A stretch of DNA of 64,000 bases from an uncultured Eubacteriales bacterium (GTDB lineage: Bacteria > Bacillota > Clostridia > Oscillospirales > CAG-272), in assembly GCA_905201895.1 (NCBI GenBank), contig CAJKPX010000004.1:13628-77627 (forward strand), read 5' to 3'. The notes under the pieces are model-generated. The model saw only the letters and a program-made list of their open reading frames with translations, searched no databases and was not told the DNA's origin. Positions 28,282 through 37,508 of this stretch are shown here, one piece after another (position 1 is the stretch's first letter; every line of letters starts with the position of its first letter). The translations under genes and the position numbers were made by a program.

Positions 28282-28686
28282 TCAAAGAGTTCTGCGGGAG
28301 CCTGCGCGTCCCACACGCTTAAAGGATACCACACGGAAGGCGGCGGTATTCCCCTCCTCTGCACGTGCGGCAATGATTGCGGCTGTGATCGCCGCAACGG
28401 TTGCGCCCTCATCCTCGGATGCGGCAAGCGCGGCAGCGATCGCTGCTGCAATCGCGGCATCCCCGGCGGGAGGCGCAGGAACGGGGGCACTTACGCCGTC
28501 CGTTTTTTCTTCAGCCTTCTTCTTTCCGTGAAGGATGCGGTGCATGATCTCGATTGCCGCCCAAATGAGCGCAAGAACAAGGAAAATAGTGAACATGCCC
28601 TGCAGGGTAACAACACCTGCCGTGGATGCCTTTTCACCGAGACCGTCCGTCGAGCCTGCGAAGAAAGCAAATAATGCGTTCGTCAT
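28282..28686 (-). CDS. OadG-family small membrane subunit of Na+-decarboxylase
   Basis: 134 aa. Single TM ([18 protein letters not shown]) followed by an Ala-rich tail. Position between the carboxyltransferase and BCCP as in the mmd/gcd operons I recall. Confidence 0.7.
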   Translation of the reverse strand: MTNALFAFFAGSTDGLGEKASTAGVVTLQGMFTIFLVLALIWAAIEIMHRILHGKKKAEEKTDGVSAPVPAPPAGDAAIAAAIAAALAASEDEGATVAAITAAIIAARAEEGNTAAFRVVSFKRVGRAGSRRTL

Positions 28687-28701
28687 ATGATTACCTCCGT
28701 C

Positions 28702-30066
28702 TTACAGAGGAAGATTGCAATGCTTGCGCGAGGGGGCGCCGCCGTTCTTCATGAGAAGCATGTAAACTGCGGAGCAGATACGCTGACGAAGCTCTGCCGC
28801 GTCGATCACGTCGTCAATGCTGCCGTCGGATGCCGCCGCGATTGCCGATGCCTGCGTTTCACGCCACTCTGCCTCAAGGTCTGCACGGGTGGTCTCCTCG
28901 GTGATACGATCGTTCCAGAGGAATGCGACCGCCGAGGCAGGATTCATTACGCTGATCTCGCTATCGGTGAGTGCGTAGGTCATGTCGGCACCGAGCGCCT
29001 TGGAGCCCATGAGCGTGAACGCCGCGCCGTATGCCTTACCCACAACAACCGTGATCTTTGCGGTATCGGCAGTGGCATAAGCCATTGCGAGCTTTCCGAG
29101 CTGCGCCGCGAGAGGCGCGTTTTCCGCCTCCTCACTTGCCTCCACGCCGATGCTGTCAACAAGCGTGATGACCGGGAGCGAGAAGCTATCACAGAAGCCG
29201 ATCAGCTTTGCAGCCTTTTTCGACCCGTCAACCGAAATCACACCGCCTCGCTCTGCGGGATTGCTTGCAATCACGCCGCAGATCACGCCACCGAGCGTGC
29301 AAAGTCCGGTGATCATTTCGGGGGCATAGGATGCACCGATCTCGAGAAAATCGTTTCCGTCTGCAAGAGCCGCTACCAGCTCTCTGCCACTCACACCCGC
29401 AACCGATACACGGCGGTTGGCATCGTCTGCCACGCTCTCGATCACAACTCCCTCGGCATTGTTCGAGGGGAGCCATGCGATCAGCTTGGCGATCTTGGCG
29501 TTGAGGTCAGCATCGTCCTTTACTTCGATCGAGGAGAGACCGTTTTGTGCAACCGCCTCAACCGTTCCGACCTCCTTACCAACGGTAAAGGGGGCGTTGA
29601 CAAAGATCTGCGAGCGACCTTCAACCGTCACGGTCAGGTCGAACATTGCGGCAACGGTTGCAGCCATACCTGCACAAACGCCGTTAATCACAGCGATCTG
29701 CGGGATCACACCCGATGCGTCGCTGACGACCTTGAGAAGCCTGCCGTATGCCGACATTGCCGATGCGCCGTCACAAAGAACTGCTCCTGCGCTGTCAAAC
29801 ATGCCCACGACAGGGGCTCCGTTTTTCATTGCCATGCCGTAAAGCGCGGCAATTTTTTCTGCCTGAAGTGCGTCGAACGCACCCTTTTTCCGATCGCTGT
29901 CCTGCGCAAATGCGTAAACCAGCTTTCCGCCGATCGCACCGTAGCCGCAGACCGCACCGGTCATTTCTCCGTCTGCTCGCTTGACATAGGCGCCTGTTTC
30001 GACAAAGGTGCCCGCATCAAAGAGCGCGGCAAGTCTTTCCCTGCCGACGGTTGCGCGAATCTCCAT
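28702..30066 (-). CDS. Acyl-CoA carboxyltransferase (MmdA/GcdA/12S-like), divergent
   Basis: 454 aa with two crotonase-like halves (...SGVIPQIAVINGVCAGMAA..., ...ITVVVGKAYGAAFTLMGSK...). First gene of the operon. GGAGGAG RBS. Confidence 0.8.
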   Translation of the reverse strand: MEIRATVGRERLAALFDAGTFVETGAYVKRADGEMTGAVCGYGAIGGKLVYAFAQDSDRKKGAFDALQAEKIAALYGMAMKNGAPVVGMFDSAGAVLCDGASAMSAYGRLLKVVSDASGVIPQIAVINGVCAGMAATVAAMFDLTVTVEGRSQIFVNAPFTVGKEVGTVEAVAQNGLSSIEVKDDADLNAKIAKLIAWLPSNNAEGVVIESVADDANRRVSVAGVSGRELVAALADGNDFLEIGASYAPEMITGLCTLGGVICGVIASNPAERGGVISVDGSKKAAKLIGFCDSFSLPVITLVDSIGVEASEEAENAPLAAQLGKLAMAYATADTAKITVVVGKAYGAAFTLMGSKALGADMTYALTDSEISVMNPASAVAFLWNDRITEETTRADLEAEWRETQASAIAAASDGSIDDVIDAAELRQRICSAVYMLLMKNGGAPSRKHCNLPL

Positions 30067-30150
30067 AAAGATCTCCTCCGTTTTGGGTTTGTTAAGCGGG
30101 GAAAAAATGGCTATTTCTAAAAAAACACCATCCTACCCCATTTTAGTAAA

Positions 30151-30179
30151 ATTATATCACACAATCCGCTCGTTGTCAA
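30151..30179 (-). promoter_or_regulatory. Sigma-A-type promoter of the decarboxylase operon
   Basis: Minus strand TTGACA, 17 nt, TATAAT. Leader of about 80 nt. Confidence 0.55.
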
Positions 30180-30220
30180 TGCGAAAAAGAAACTTTTTCA
30201 TCTTTTTTATGATAAAGCTT

Positions 30221-30277
30221 CAAAAAGAAAAAGCATCGGGAGGAGCACGGGGCAACGGTGTGCCCTTCTCCTCCCGA
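30221..30277 (-). terminator. Intrinsic terminator after the S-component-like gene
   Basis: TCGGGAGGAG...CTCCTCCCGA long hairpin followed, on the minus strand, by a T-rich run. Confidence 0.6.
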
Positions 30278-30283
30278 CCGCAG

Positions 30284-30835
30284 TCAGGCAATATTCGCTT
30301 GCTTCATCAGCTTTTTGAGCTGCTCCGAGAGCGGCAGGACCAAAAGCCCCGCGAACAGATTTCCGACGCAATGTGTGACGTCCCATCCCAGCCCCACGGC
30401 AATCCACGTTAGCATTTGCTCAAAGCTCATACCGTACATCAGCGCTTGCGCAGGTGCATAGAGAATGCCAAAGGCAAGCCCGTGCAGACAGCAAATGGCG
30501 GGATATAGCACACATGCGAGCCATTTCGGTATCTTGCGCGGAATGAGCATGGTGATCGCCCACAGAACCGTCCAGATATAGAGATACGGAACCCACCATG
30601 CGGCAAAGCCCGCATAGAGTCCGTTGAGAAGCACGTAGACGTAGATTGGTGTCAAAGCTTTTGCGCGAAAGCAGACGGTGTATGTCATGGTCAACATTCC
30701 GAGCAGGTGAATGTTGGGCAGCACCTCCATGATGATCTTGGAGCAGAACATCAGCGTTCCCAGCATCGCAAAAATGCACATCTCACGGACATGCTGCGAG
30801 CGATACCAACGCTTTGTTTTTTGGCTTTTTGTCAT
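30284..30835 (-). CDS. Small polytopic membrane protein, ECF-transporter S-component-like (possible cobalamin-specific, CbrT-like)
   Basis: 183 aa with about 5-6 TM segments. ATGA overlap with the upstream DUF4430 gene. The operon is preceded by a cobalamin riboswitch. Family assignment is tentative. Confidence 0.55.
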   Translation of the reverse strand: MTKSQKTKRWYRSQHVREMCIFAMLGTLMFCSKIIMEVLPNIHLLGMLTMTYTVCFRAKALTPIYVYVLLNGLYAGFAAWWVPYLYIWTVLWAITMLIPRKIPKWLACVLYPAICCLHGLAFGILYAPAQALMYGMSFEQMLTWIAVGLGWDVTHCVGNLFAGLLVLPLSEQLKKLMKQANIA

Positions 30836-31257
30836 TTGGAGTAAACGATCTCGTAGTGCTCGCCGTCGGCGATCTCGGTGCTGTCAACGCCCGTCATCAG
30901 ATACTCTCCATCCTGATAAAAGCCCCAATAGCTTTGGTTGACGTCATAGTCGGCGGTGATGCCATTGACGACCTTGACGTAAAGACCGTACTGTGCCACG
31001 TCTCCCGCGATCAAGCCGTGCTCAAGGAGCGCGTCGCCGAGCGTGGTCTTGTCGGTGTGAAGGGTGAAGGTGATCGCTCTCTCCCCTGCCTTGACCTCAA
31101 CCGCAACGGTGATTGCCCCCGATCCGAGCTCGGTGTCCTCACCGTAGGTGGCATTTGCCCAAAGCTTTTCGGTATCGGTCTTGCCGCAGGAGGCGAGAGA
31201 GAGGATGCAAATGAGCGCGAGCATGGCAGAGATGATGGTTGTGACTGTTTTTTTCAT
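30832..31257 (-). CDS. DUF4430-type secreted lipoprotein (transcobalamin-like beta domain)
   Basis: Lipobox LSLASCGK. 141 aa. Motifs ...TLGDALLEHGLI..., ...WGFYQDGEY...G typical of DUF4430 as I recall it. Confidence 0.65.
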   Translation of the reverse strand: MKKTVTTIISAMLALICILSLASCGKTDTEKLWANATYGEDTELGSGAITVAVEVKAGERAITFTLHTDKTTLGDALLEHGLIAGDVAQYGLYVKVVNGITADYDVNQSYWGFYQDGEYLMTGVDSTEIADGEHYEIVYSK

Positions 31258-31299
31258 TGTTTTTTCCTTTCGTGATTAAGAAATTGGCACAAAAAGGAT

Positions 31300-31590
31300 A
31301 AATGAAAAGCACCCTCCATGGGGTGCTGAATGCGCGCGAAAAATCGGATACCCTGCCCGTATCCGTAAAACGCCCATCCCCCCATTTTGCCCGAGAGACC
31401 TTCCATAGGCACAGAACGATAAGCATTCCGACTTGACCCGCCTTGCATATCAGGCGTGAGATACGGTAATGGCTGTTGCTGCAGATTCTCACTGCGATTT
31501 CCTTATCCCCGAGCAGCACTGTCACGCAGTGTGCCCGACAACGAAGGCCGTGCTTCGACCTTCAGATGAACTGTGATATTCTTTTGTGTA
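31300..31590 (-). promoter_or_regulatory. Cobalamin (B12) riboswitch with tandem terminator hairpins
   Basis: Minus-strand RNA contains AAGGAAAUCGCAGUGAGAAUCUGCAGCAACAGCCAUUACCGUA (conserved core) and AAGUCGGAAUGC...GGAAGGUCUCUCGGGC (B12-box-like). These are followed by terminators CGGAUAC-N7-GUAUCCG-AUUUUU (31338-31366) and AGCACCC...GGGUGCU-UUUC (31304-31327). Confidence 0.65.
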
Positions 31591-31595
31591 AGAAC

Positions 31596-31624
31596 ATTAT
31601 ATCACAAGGTCGGCTCTTTTTCAA
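31596..31624 (-). promoter_or_regulatory. Sigma-A-type promoter driving the riboswitch operon
   Basis: Minus strand TTGAAA, 17 nt, TATAAT. Confidence 0.5.
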
Positions 31625-31642
31625 CAGTTTTTTTCATTTTTT

Positions 31643-31682
31643 GAAAAAAAGTGGGACCCGAGGCAAATCTGCTCCGAGTCCC
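31643..31682 (-). terminator. Intrinsic terminator after the EEP-family gene
   Basis: Imperfect GGGAC...GTCCC hairpin followed on the minus strand by a run of 7 T. Confidence 0.45.
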
Positions 31683-31688
31683 TCTGCA

Positions 31689-32462
31689 TCAAAGCGTCAG
31701 AAACGCACAAAGTGCGTGATGGTCCGAATAATAGCAGCCGCACGAATCATCGTCGGGAACTGCGTAAGACGCGGTAGGATCAACCTGCATATTGGTGAAG
31801 ATATAGTCGATCTTGCAGGTGCCAACGTCGCCCTTGAAGCCGTGGAACGAGCCCTTGATGTGACGGGTTGCATCTACCGTTCCAAGCCGATCGGCTGTGG
31901 AAAGCACCAGCGCAATGGGCGCGCTGTCGGGATAATCGTTGAAATCTCCTGTGATCACAAAAGGATTTTTCGAACTTGTCACGTCCTGCATTAAAAAAGC
32001 ACATTCGAGCAGACGCGCGTCTGCGCCCTTGTGGTCGGTGTGTATATTGTAAAAATTGAGAAATTTGTTGTTGTCCTTGCAGATCAGCTCGGCACATGCA
32101 TATGCTCTCGGATATTTACTCTGATCAATCCCCTCAAATCGGCTTCCTCCCTCCTCGGGAAAAAGAGACAGGATCCGATTGGAGAAGGCATGCAGGCGGA
32201 AACGATCCTTTCGGTAGGCGATATAAGAGCCCTCGTCGCAGAAATTGCTGTCTCTGCCGTGCCCGATCACGGTGTAATCGGTCAGATTTTCGGTCAACCA
32301 ATCCGCCATGTGATCGTTCGCTTCCTGAAAACCAATCAGATCGGGGCGCTCCTGCGAGAGCATTTGCAGAATTTTCTCTTTTCGATAGTCGAAAAAGTTT
32401 TTGCCATCGGTAATCAAACGGTGGCGAAGATTAAAGGTCATCACCTTGATCGTTGCGTTCAT
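31689..32462 (-). CDS. Endonuclease/exonuclease/phosphatase (EEP) family protein
   Basis: ATG at 32462 after AAAAGGAGAAGAAGG. IKVMTFNLR..., GFQEA, ...TGDFN..., SDHHAL catalytic motifs. Confidence 0.75.
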   Translation of the reverse strand: MNATIKVMTFNLRHRLITDGKNFFDYRKEKILQMLSQERPDLIGFQEANDHMADWLTENLTDYTVIGHGRDSNFCDEGSYIAYRKDRFRLHAFSNRILSLFPEEGGSRFEGIDQSKYPRAYACAELICKDNNKFLNFYNIHTDHKGADARLLECAFLMQDVTSSKNPFVITGDFNDYPDSAPIALVLSTADRLGTVDATRHIKGSFHGFKGDVGTCKIDYIFTNMQVDPTASYAVPDDDSCGCYYSDHHALCAFLTL

Positions 32463-32561
32463 CCTTCTTCTCCTTTTCTGAAACAAACATTTTATAAGCT
32501 TCATTGGTAATCTCCAAAAATGGGAATGGACAGGATTGCCCATTCCCATTTTGTTGTTCAA

Positions 32562-34595
32562 TTATTCCTCAACGGGAGCTTCAGCAGTCTCCTCGGTTGC
32601 GTACTCCTCGGGCATAGCCTCGGCAGCAGCTGCTGCCTCCTCCAGGAGCGAGCGGATCGAAAGGCTGACCTTCTGCTTCTCGTCGTCGATCTCGATGATG
32701 CGAGCGTCAACAACCTGACCAACCTCAAGAATGTCGGCAGGCTTTGCAATTCTCTGCAAAGCGATCTGCGAAATGTGGATCAGACCGTCCACACCGTCAA
32801 CGATCTCTGCAAATGCACCGAAGGGCATCATGCTCACGATCTTAACCGATGCGATGTCTCCAACCGCGTACTGCGACTTAAAGACGTTCCAGGGATTGGT
32901 TTCCTCGGTCTTGTATCCGAGAGAAATTCTCTTCTTTTCGGGATCGAAGCTCTTTACAAATACCGTAATAGCGTCGCCGACGGCAACAACCTCTGCGGGA
33001 TTCTTGATGCGCTTCCAGGAGAGCTCGGTCAGGTGAACCATTCCGTCCACGCCGCCCAGGTCAACGAACGCGCCGTAAGAGGTCATGCTCTTAACGGTTC
33101 CGTTGTAGGTCTTGCCAACCTCGATGCCTGCCCAGAAGTCTGCCTCCTGTGCACGGCGAGCCTCGCGCTGAACGAGACGGATCGAGCCGATCGCCTTCTT
33201 GCCCTGCTTAACCTCGATGATCTTGAACTGAACGGTGGTGCCAACAAGGGTGGAAAGATCTCCATCCTTCGGAACGCCGGTCTGAGATGCGGGAACAAAC
33301 ACGCGGTTTGCATTGCACCAAATCACAATGCCACCCTTTACTGCCTCGGCAACCTTGCCCTCGAGAACGGTCTTGTCCTCGCATGCGGCAACGATCGTCA
33401 GCCAGTTTCTGTCTGCATCAACTCTCTTTTTGGAGAGTTCTGCAACACCCTCAATGTCGCTCACACGGATAACAAAGGCCTCAACCTTGTCACCGTTCTT
33501 GAAGTTCTCGGTCAACTTAAAAGCAGGATCGTTCGTGATCTGGTCTGCTTTGATGTAGCCCGTCACGCCGGCGCCAACGTCAAGCTGCAGTTCAGCATCC
33601 GACACGTGAGTTACGGTTCCGGTAACGACATCTCCTGTATTTAAAGTTGAGCACTCAGACTCGTTGAGCATTTCTTCGAAATTTTCTTTCATTTCGCTCA
33701 TGGTTTTATATACCTCCTCTATTTCATCGCTCGGTGTCGATGCACCCGCGACGATTCCAATGTTAGTAGCGCCTGCCGCCATCGTGCGATCCAGCTCGGA
33801 TGCGTTGGCGATCCAGACGGTTTTGCCACAGTGTCTGTGGCAGATTTCAAACAGCTTGGCGGTGTTGGAGCTCTCTCTGCCACCGATCACGATCATGAAA
33901 TCGCATCGCTTCGCAAGCTCCTCTGCCTCGGTCTGTCTCGTTTCAGTCACACTGCATATTGTATCAAAAATTATCGCGTTTGTATATAGTTTTTTGAGTT
34001 TTTTTTGCGTTTGGTGCCAAATGCCCAAATTCTGGGTCGTTTGAGCGACCATTACGGGCGTTTTTTTGTGCACTTTGTCAATAGGCTCTTGACAAAGTGA
34101 CGATTCCATCTCCTCTGCGGAGGAAAAAACGTACTTTTCGCCGTCAAAGCAGCTCATAATTCCGATCACCTCGGGATGGTTGGCGGCACCGATGAGAATG
34201 AAGAAATGCTCCTCGGTATCGGTCTCCCCCGCAATCTTATGAATTTTCTTGACGTAGGGACAGGTGCAGTCGATCCAATCGAAATGCGGATTGCGCTCTG
34301 CCGACTCGCAAAGGAGCTCAATGGTCTCGCGCGGGCACCCGTGCGCACGCACCAGCACCTTTACGGGATGCGCCGCATCAGCCCGATCCACCAGCGCGGG
34401 GATCGCATCGGTGTCGATCGCCTCCACGCCGCGACGTTGGAGCGACTCGTTATAGGTTTCATTATGGATCAAGTGTCCGAGCGTGTAGATCCGCTCGCCC
34501 TCGGCAGCGTTTTTCAGCGCCTCCTCCAGGCGGTCGGTTGCCCGCTTAACGCCAAAGCAAAAGCCCGCGTTCTCGGCAACGGTAACGGTTTTCAT
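32562..34595 (-). CDS. ispH: Bifunctional 4-hydroxy-3-methylbut-2-enyl diphosphate reductase (IspH) / ribosomal protein S1-domain protein
   Basis: N-terminal LytB/IspH (about 290 aa, FCFGVKRA, conserved Cys) fused to four S1 repeats. 677 aa. This fusion is common in Clostridia. Confidence 0.9.
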   Translation of the reverse strand: MKTVTVAENAGFCFGVKRATDRLEEALKNAAEGERIYTLGHLIHNETYNESLQRRGVEAIDTDAIPALVDRADAAHPVKVLVRAHGCPRETIELLCESAERNPHFDWIDCTCPYVKKIHKIAGETDTEEHFFILIGAANHPEVIGIMSCFDGEKYVFSSAEEMESSLCQEPIDKVHKKTPVMVAQTTQNLGIWHQTQKKLKKLYTNAIIFDTICSVTETRQTEAEELAKRCDFMIVIGGRESSNTAKLFEICHRHCGKTVWIANASELDRTMAAGATNIGIVAGASTPSDEIEEVYKTMSEMKENFEEMLNESECSTLNTGDVVTGTVTHVSDAELQLDVGAGVTGYIKADQITNDPAFKLTENFKNGDKVEAFVIRVSDIEGVAELSKKRVDADRNWLTIVAACEDKTVLEGKVAEAVKGGIVIWCNANRVFVPASQTGVPKDGDLSTLVGTTVQFKIIEVKQGKKAIGSIRLVQREARRAQEADFWAGIEVGKTYNGTVKSMTSYGAFVDLGGVDGMVHLTELSWKRIKNPAEVVAVGDAITVFVKSFDPEKKRISLGYKTEETNPWNVFKSQYAVGDIASVKIVSMMPFGAFAEIVDGVDGLIHISQIALQRIAKPADILEVGQVVDARIIEIDDEKQKVSLSIRSLLEEAAAAAEAMPEEYATEETAEAPVEE

Positions 34596-34615
34596 AGCGC
34601 TTCCCTCTTTACCGA

Positions 34616-35299
34616 TCAGAGCTTGTCGGCAATGCCGCCGACCTTCTCATCAATGATGCGCAGCAGATTTTCAATGCTCTCGTCCGGAGTCATCCAGGAA
34701 TTGTCAAAGGGAATGGCATCCTCGGCAGCAACTGCGGGTGCAACCTCGCGTGTGCTGTCGGCAGAGTCGCGTGCCTGCATTGCGGCAAGCACCTCCTCAT
34801 AGGTGGTTTGCTGTCCCTTGGCGATCAGCTCGTCGAAGCGTCTCTTGGCGCGGCACTCGTTGCTTGCGGTCAAAAAGATCTTCACGTCGGCATCCGGCAG
34901 GATCACAGTTCCGATGTCTCTGCCGTCCATGATCACACTGTACCGACGCGCGAGGTCTCTCTGCGTGTCGAGCAGGAATGCGCGAACCGCGGGGATCGCC
35001 GAAACCGCCGATGCGTAGAGCGACATTTCATTGGTGCGGATCCTGTCGCCAAGATCCTCGCCACCCAGGAGCACGTGCTGCGTTCCCTCAACGTATTGCA
35101 GATCAATCTGAATTTCGGGCAAAAGTCTTTCAACCGCTGCCGCATCCTTGGGGTCAACGCCCTTGGAGTGAACGTAGTAGCCGATCGTGCGATAAAGCGC
35201 GCCGGTATCCACGTAAAGAATTCCAAGCCGCTTGGCAAGCGCCTTTGCAACCGTTGATTTTCCGGCTCCGCTGGGACCGTCAATGGCAATTTTGATCAT
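34616..35299 (-). CDS. cmk: Cytidylate kinase
   Basis: Start MIKIAIDGPSGAGKST (P-loop) after GAGGAAGG RBS. The cmk-rpsA/ispH neighbourhood is conserved. Confidence 0.9.
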   Translation of the reverse strand: MIKIAIDGPSGAGKSTVAKALAKRLGILYVDTGALYRTIGYYVHSKGVDPKDAAAVERLLPEIQIDLQYVEGTQHVLLGGEDLGDRIRTNEMSLYASAVSAIPAVRAFLLDTQRDLARRYSVIMDGRDIGTVILPDADVKIFLTASNECRAKRRFDELIAKGQQTTYEEVLAAMQARDSADSTREVAPAVAAEDAIPFDNSWMTPDESIENLLRIIDEKVGGIADKL

Positions 35300-35326
35300 A
35301 GTAACCTTCCTCAAATCATGATTTGT

Positions 35327-36589
35327 TCACCGCATAGCGGCGGCAGCGCCTGCCAACACCGCGGTGGAAAAAGCAATTTGGAGATTGAAGCCGCCCGTGT
35401 AGGCGTCCACGTCGATCACCTCGCCCGCAAAATACAGACCCGAAACAAGCCTTGATTCCATCGTTTTTGGGTCGATCTCCTTCACCGATACGCCGCCGCG
35501 CGTCACGATCGCCTCGTCGATCGGGCGGAAACCCGAGAGCGGGACCGTGAGATGCTTGAGCGTTTGCACCATGCGCTCGCGCTCCTCCCGTGTGATTGAA
35601 TGGACCTTTTTTCTCGGGTCGATCTCACACAAACGGACAAAAGGTGTGATCATTTTCTGTGGAAGAAGATCATCGAGCGAGTTGACAAAATCGCGGTTCT
35701 TGTATTTTTCAAAATCCGAGCGAATTCTGGCATCAAGCGTTTTCTCGTCAAGCGCGGGCTTGAGATCAATTTGTGCCGCATATTTTCCGGGGCGAATATC
35801 CGCAAGATGTGCCGAGGCAGACAGAACCAGCGGGCCTGTCAGACCGAAATGCGTGAACATCATCTCTCCGAAATCCTCAAAAACGGTCCTCCCCTTTTCC
35901 GAGTCAGTCACCGTCATGCGAACGTTTTTGAGCGAAAGCCCCTGCATGCTGCCGCAGAGCTTCCCTTGCGCAACGAGCGGAACGAGTGAGGGACCGATGG
36001 GGGTTACCGTGTGTCCGAGGCGCTCGGCAAAACGGTATCCGTCGCCGTCCGATCCCGTTGTGGGATAGGAGCGACCGCCCGTGCAAACGATCACCGCATC
36101 AAAGTCATGCACGCCGTCCGAGGTCTGCACGCCCGAAGCGGAGCCGTCGGTCTCTATGATATTCTGCACTCTTTTGTGCAAAATATGCACGCCGCACGCC
36201 TTACATTGGCGCTCCAGCGCCGCAACGATGTCACCTGCTCTGTCCGAGACGGGAAACACACGTTTGCCTCGCTCGGTTTTGAGCGGAACGCCCGCGTCCT
36301 CAAAGAACGCAACCGTGTCGGCTGTGGAAAACCCCGAGAGAGCCGCGTAGAGAAAGCGCGGATTGGTTGGAACGTTAGCAAGAAACTCGTTCAGATCGCA
36401 GTCATTGGTGACGTTGCATCGTCCCTTTCCCGTGATCCGAAGCTTTTTGCCCATGCGATCGTTTCGCTCGTAAAGCGTGACGTCCGCTCCGCTCCGTGCC
36501 GCCGTGATCGCCGCCATCATGCCCGCGGCACCGCCGCCGATGACCGCAACGCGCACTGCGTCACTCATGCTTTTTGTCGTAGACGTCAT
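35327..36589 (-). CDS. NAD(P)/FAD-dependent oxidoreductase, BaiN/HI0933 family
   Basis: VAVIGGGAAGMMAA dinucleotide fold, GKKLRITGKGRCNVTN signature, 420 aa. Confidence 0.8.
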   Translation of the reverse strand: MTSTTKSMSDAVRVAVIGGGAAGMMAAITAARSGADVTLYERNDRMGKKLRITGKGRCNVTNDCDLNEFLANVPTNPRFLYAALSGFSTADTVAFFEDAGVPLKTERGKRVFPVSDRAGDIVAALERQCKACGVHILHKRVQNIIETDGSASGVQTSDGVHDFDAVIVCTGGRSYPTTGSDGDGYRFAERLGHTVTPIGPSLVPLVAQGKLCGSMQGLSLKNVRMTVTDSEKGRTVFEDFGEMMFTHFGLTGPLVLSASAHLADIRPGKYAAQIDLKPALDEKTLDARIRSDFEKYKNRDFVNSLDDLLPQKMITPFVRLCEIDPRKKVHSITREERERMVQTLKHLTVPLSGFRPIDEAIVTRGGVSVKEIDPKTMESRLVSGLYFAGEVIDVDAYTGGFNLQIAFSTAVLAGAAAAMR

Positions 36590-37424
36590 AGCGATCCCAC
36601 ACCTCCTCCAGAATCCGCAGTCGCTCGGTCAGCTCGTCCTGCTTTTTTCGCGAGACCGCAACCACCATCGCATTGATGATGCTGAGCGGTGCCACGAGCG
36701 AATCGACGAAGGACGCCATATCGCTCTGCGCAATCAGGAGCTGGCTGGCAAACGCCGCAATGGGAGAAAGCCTGCTGTCGGTGAGTGCCACCACGTTTGC
36801 CTCGCGTGTGCGAGCATACTCGACCGCGTTGATAATTCGCTTGGAATAGCGCGGAAAGCTGATGGCGATCATCACGTCGTCCGGACCGATCTGCATGATC
36901 TGCTCAAACATTTCGCTTCCCGACGTGGTTTGGACAAACTTTACGTTGTCGAAAATCATGCGGAAGTTGTAGTTGAGAAAACCTGCAAGAGCGGCAGAGG
37001 AACGCACGCCGATGATATAGATGTTTTTCGCCGCAATGATACGGTCGATCGCTGCCTCGAAGGAGGCGTGATCAATCTCCTCCATCGTGTGGCGGATCTT
37101 TTCGGCATCCGACAGAAGCACCTTGTCGAGCACGTTGCCGTCCCCGATGAGATTGTTGGTGACCTCTATGCGTTGGAACGAGGTCAGACGGTTTCGGATG
37201 ATCTCCTGCAAGGAGTGCTGAAAATCGGGGTACCCGTCATATCCGAGCTCGATCGCGAAGCGCACGACGGTAGATTCCGACACGCCAACGATCGCACCCA
37301 TTTTGGATGCGGTGAGGTACGCTGCCTTTTCATAATGCCCCAGAACGTAGCCTGCGATCAATCTTTGCCCCTTGGAAAACGAGGGCATTTTTTCTTCAAT
37401 CAGCTTAAGCAGATCAGCATTCAT
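36561..37424 (-). CDS. MurR/RpiR-family transcriptional regulator (HTH_6 + SIS)
   Basis: Start MNADLLKLIEEKMPSFSKGQRLIAGYVL after GGAGGAGG. C-terminal SIS domain. 3' end overlaps the BaiN-like gene by 29 nt. Confidence 0.8.
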   Translation of the reverse strand: MNADLLKLIEEKMPSFSKGQRLIAGYVLGHYEKAAYLTASKMGAIVGVSESTVVRFAIELGYDGYPDFQHSLQEIIRNRLTSFQRIEVTNNLIGDGNVLDKVLLSDAEKIRHTMEEIDHASFEAAIDRIIAAKNIYIIGVRSSAALAGFLNYNFRMIFDNVKFVQTTSGSEMFEQIMQIGPDDVMIAISFPRYSKRIINAVEYARTREANVVALTDSRLSPIAAFASQLLIAQSDMASFVDSLVAPLSIINAMVVAVSRKKQDELTERLRILEEVWDRYDVYDKKHE

Positions 37425-37479
37425 TCGAAGAAGCCCCTCCTCCAATTAAAAAAATCCGATTCCGTTCGACACTTTTATT

Positions 37480-37508
37480 ATTATAACCGAAAAAAAAACG
37501 TTTGTCAA
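37480..37508 (-). promoter_or_regulatory. Sigma-A-type promoter for the RpiR-family gene
   Basis: Minus strand TTGACA, 17 nt, TATAAT. Confidence 0.5.

Noticed and set aside
31139-31525. Minus-strand ORFs of 128 aa and 64 aa upstream of the DUF4430 gene.
   Set aside because: They cover the cobalamin riboswitch and its terminators, and they overlap the DUF4430 start in another frame. The RNA-element interpretation explains the sequence conservation pattern better.
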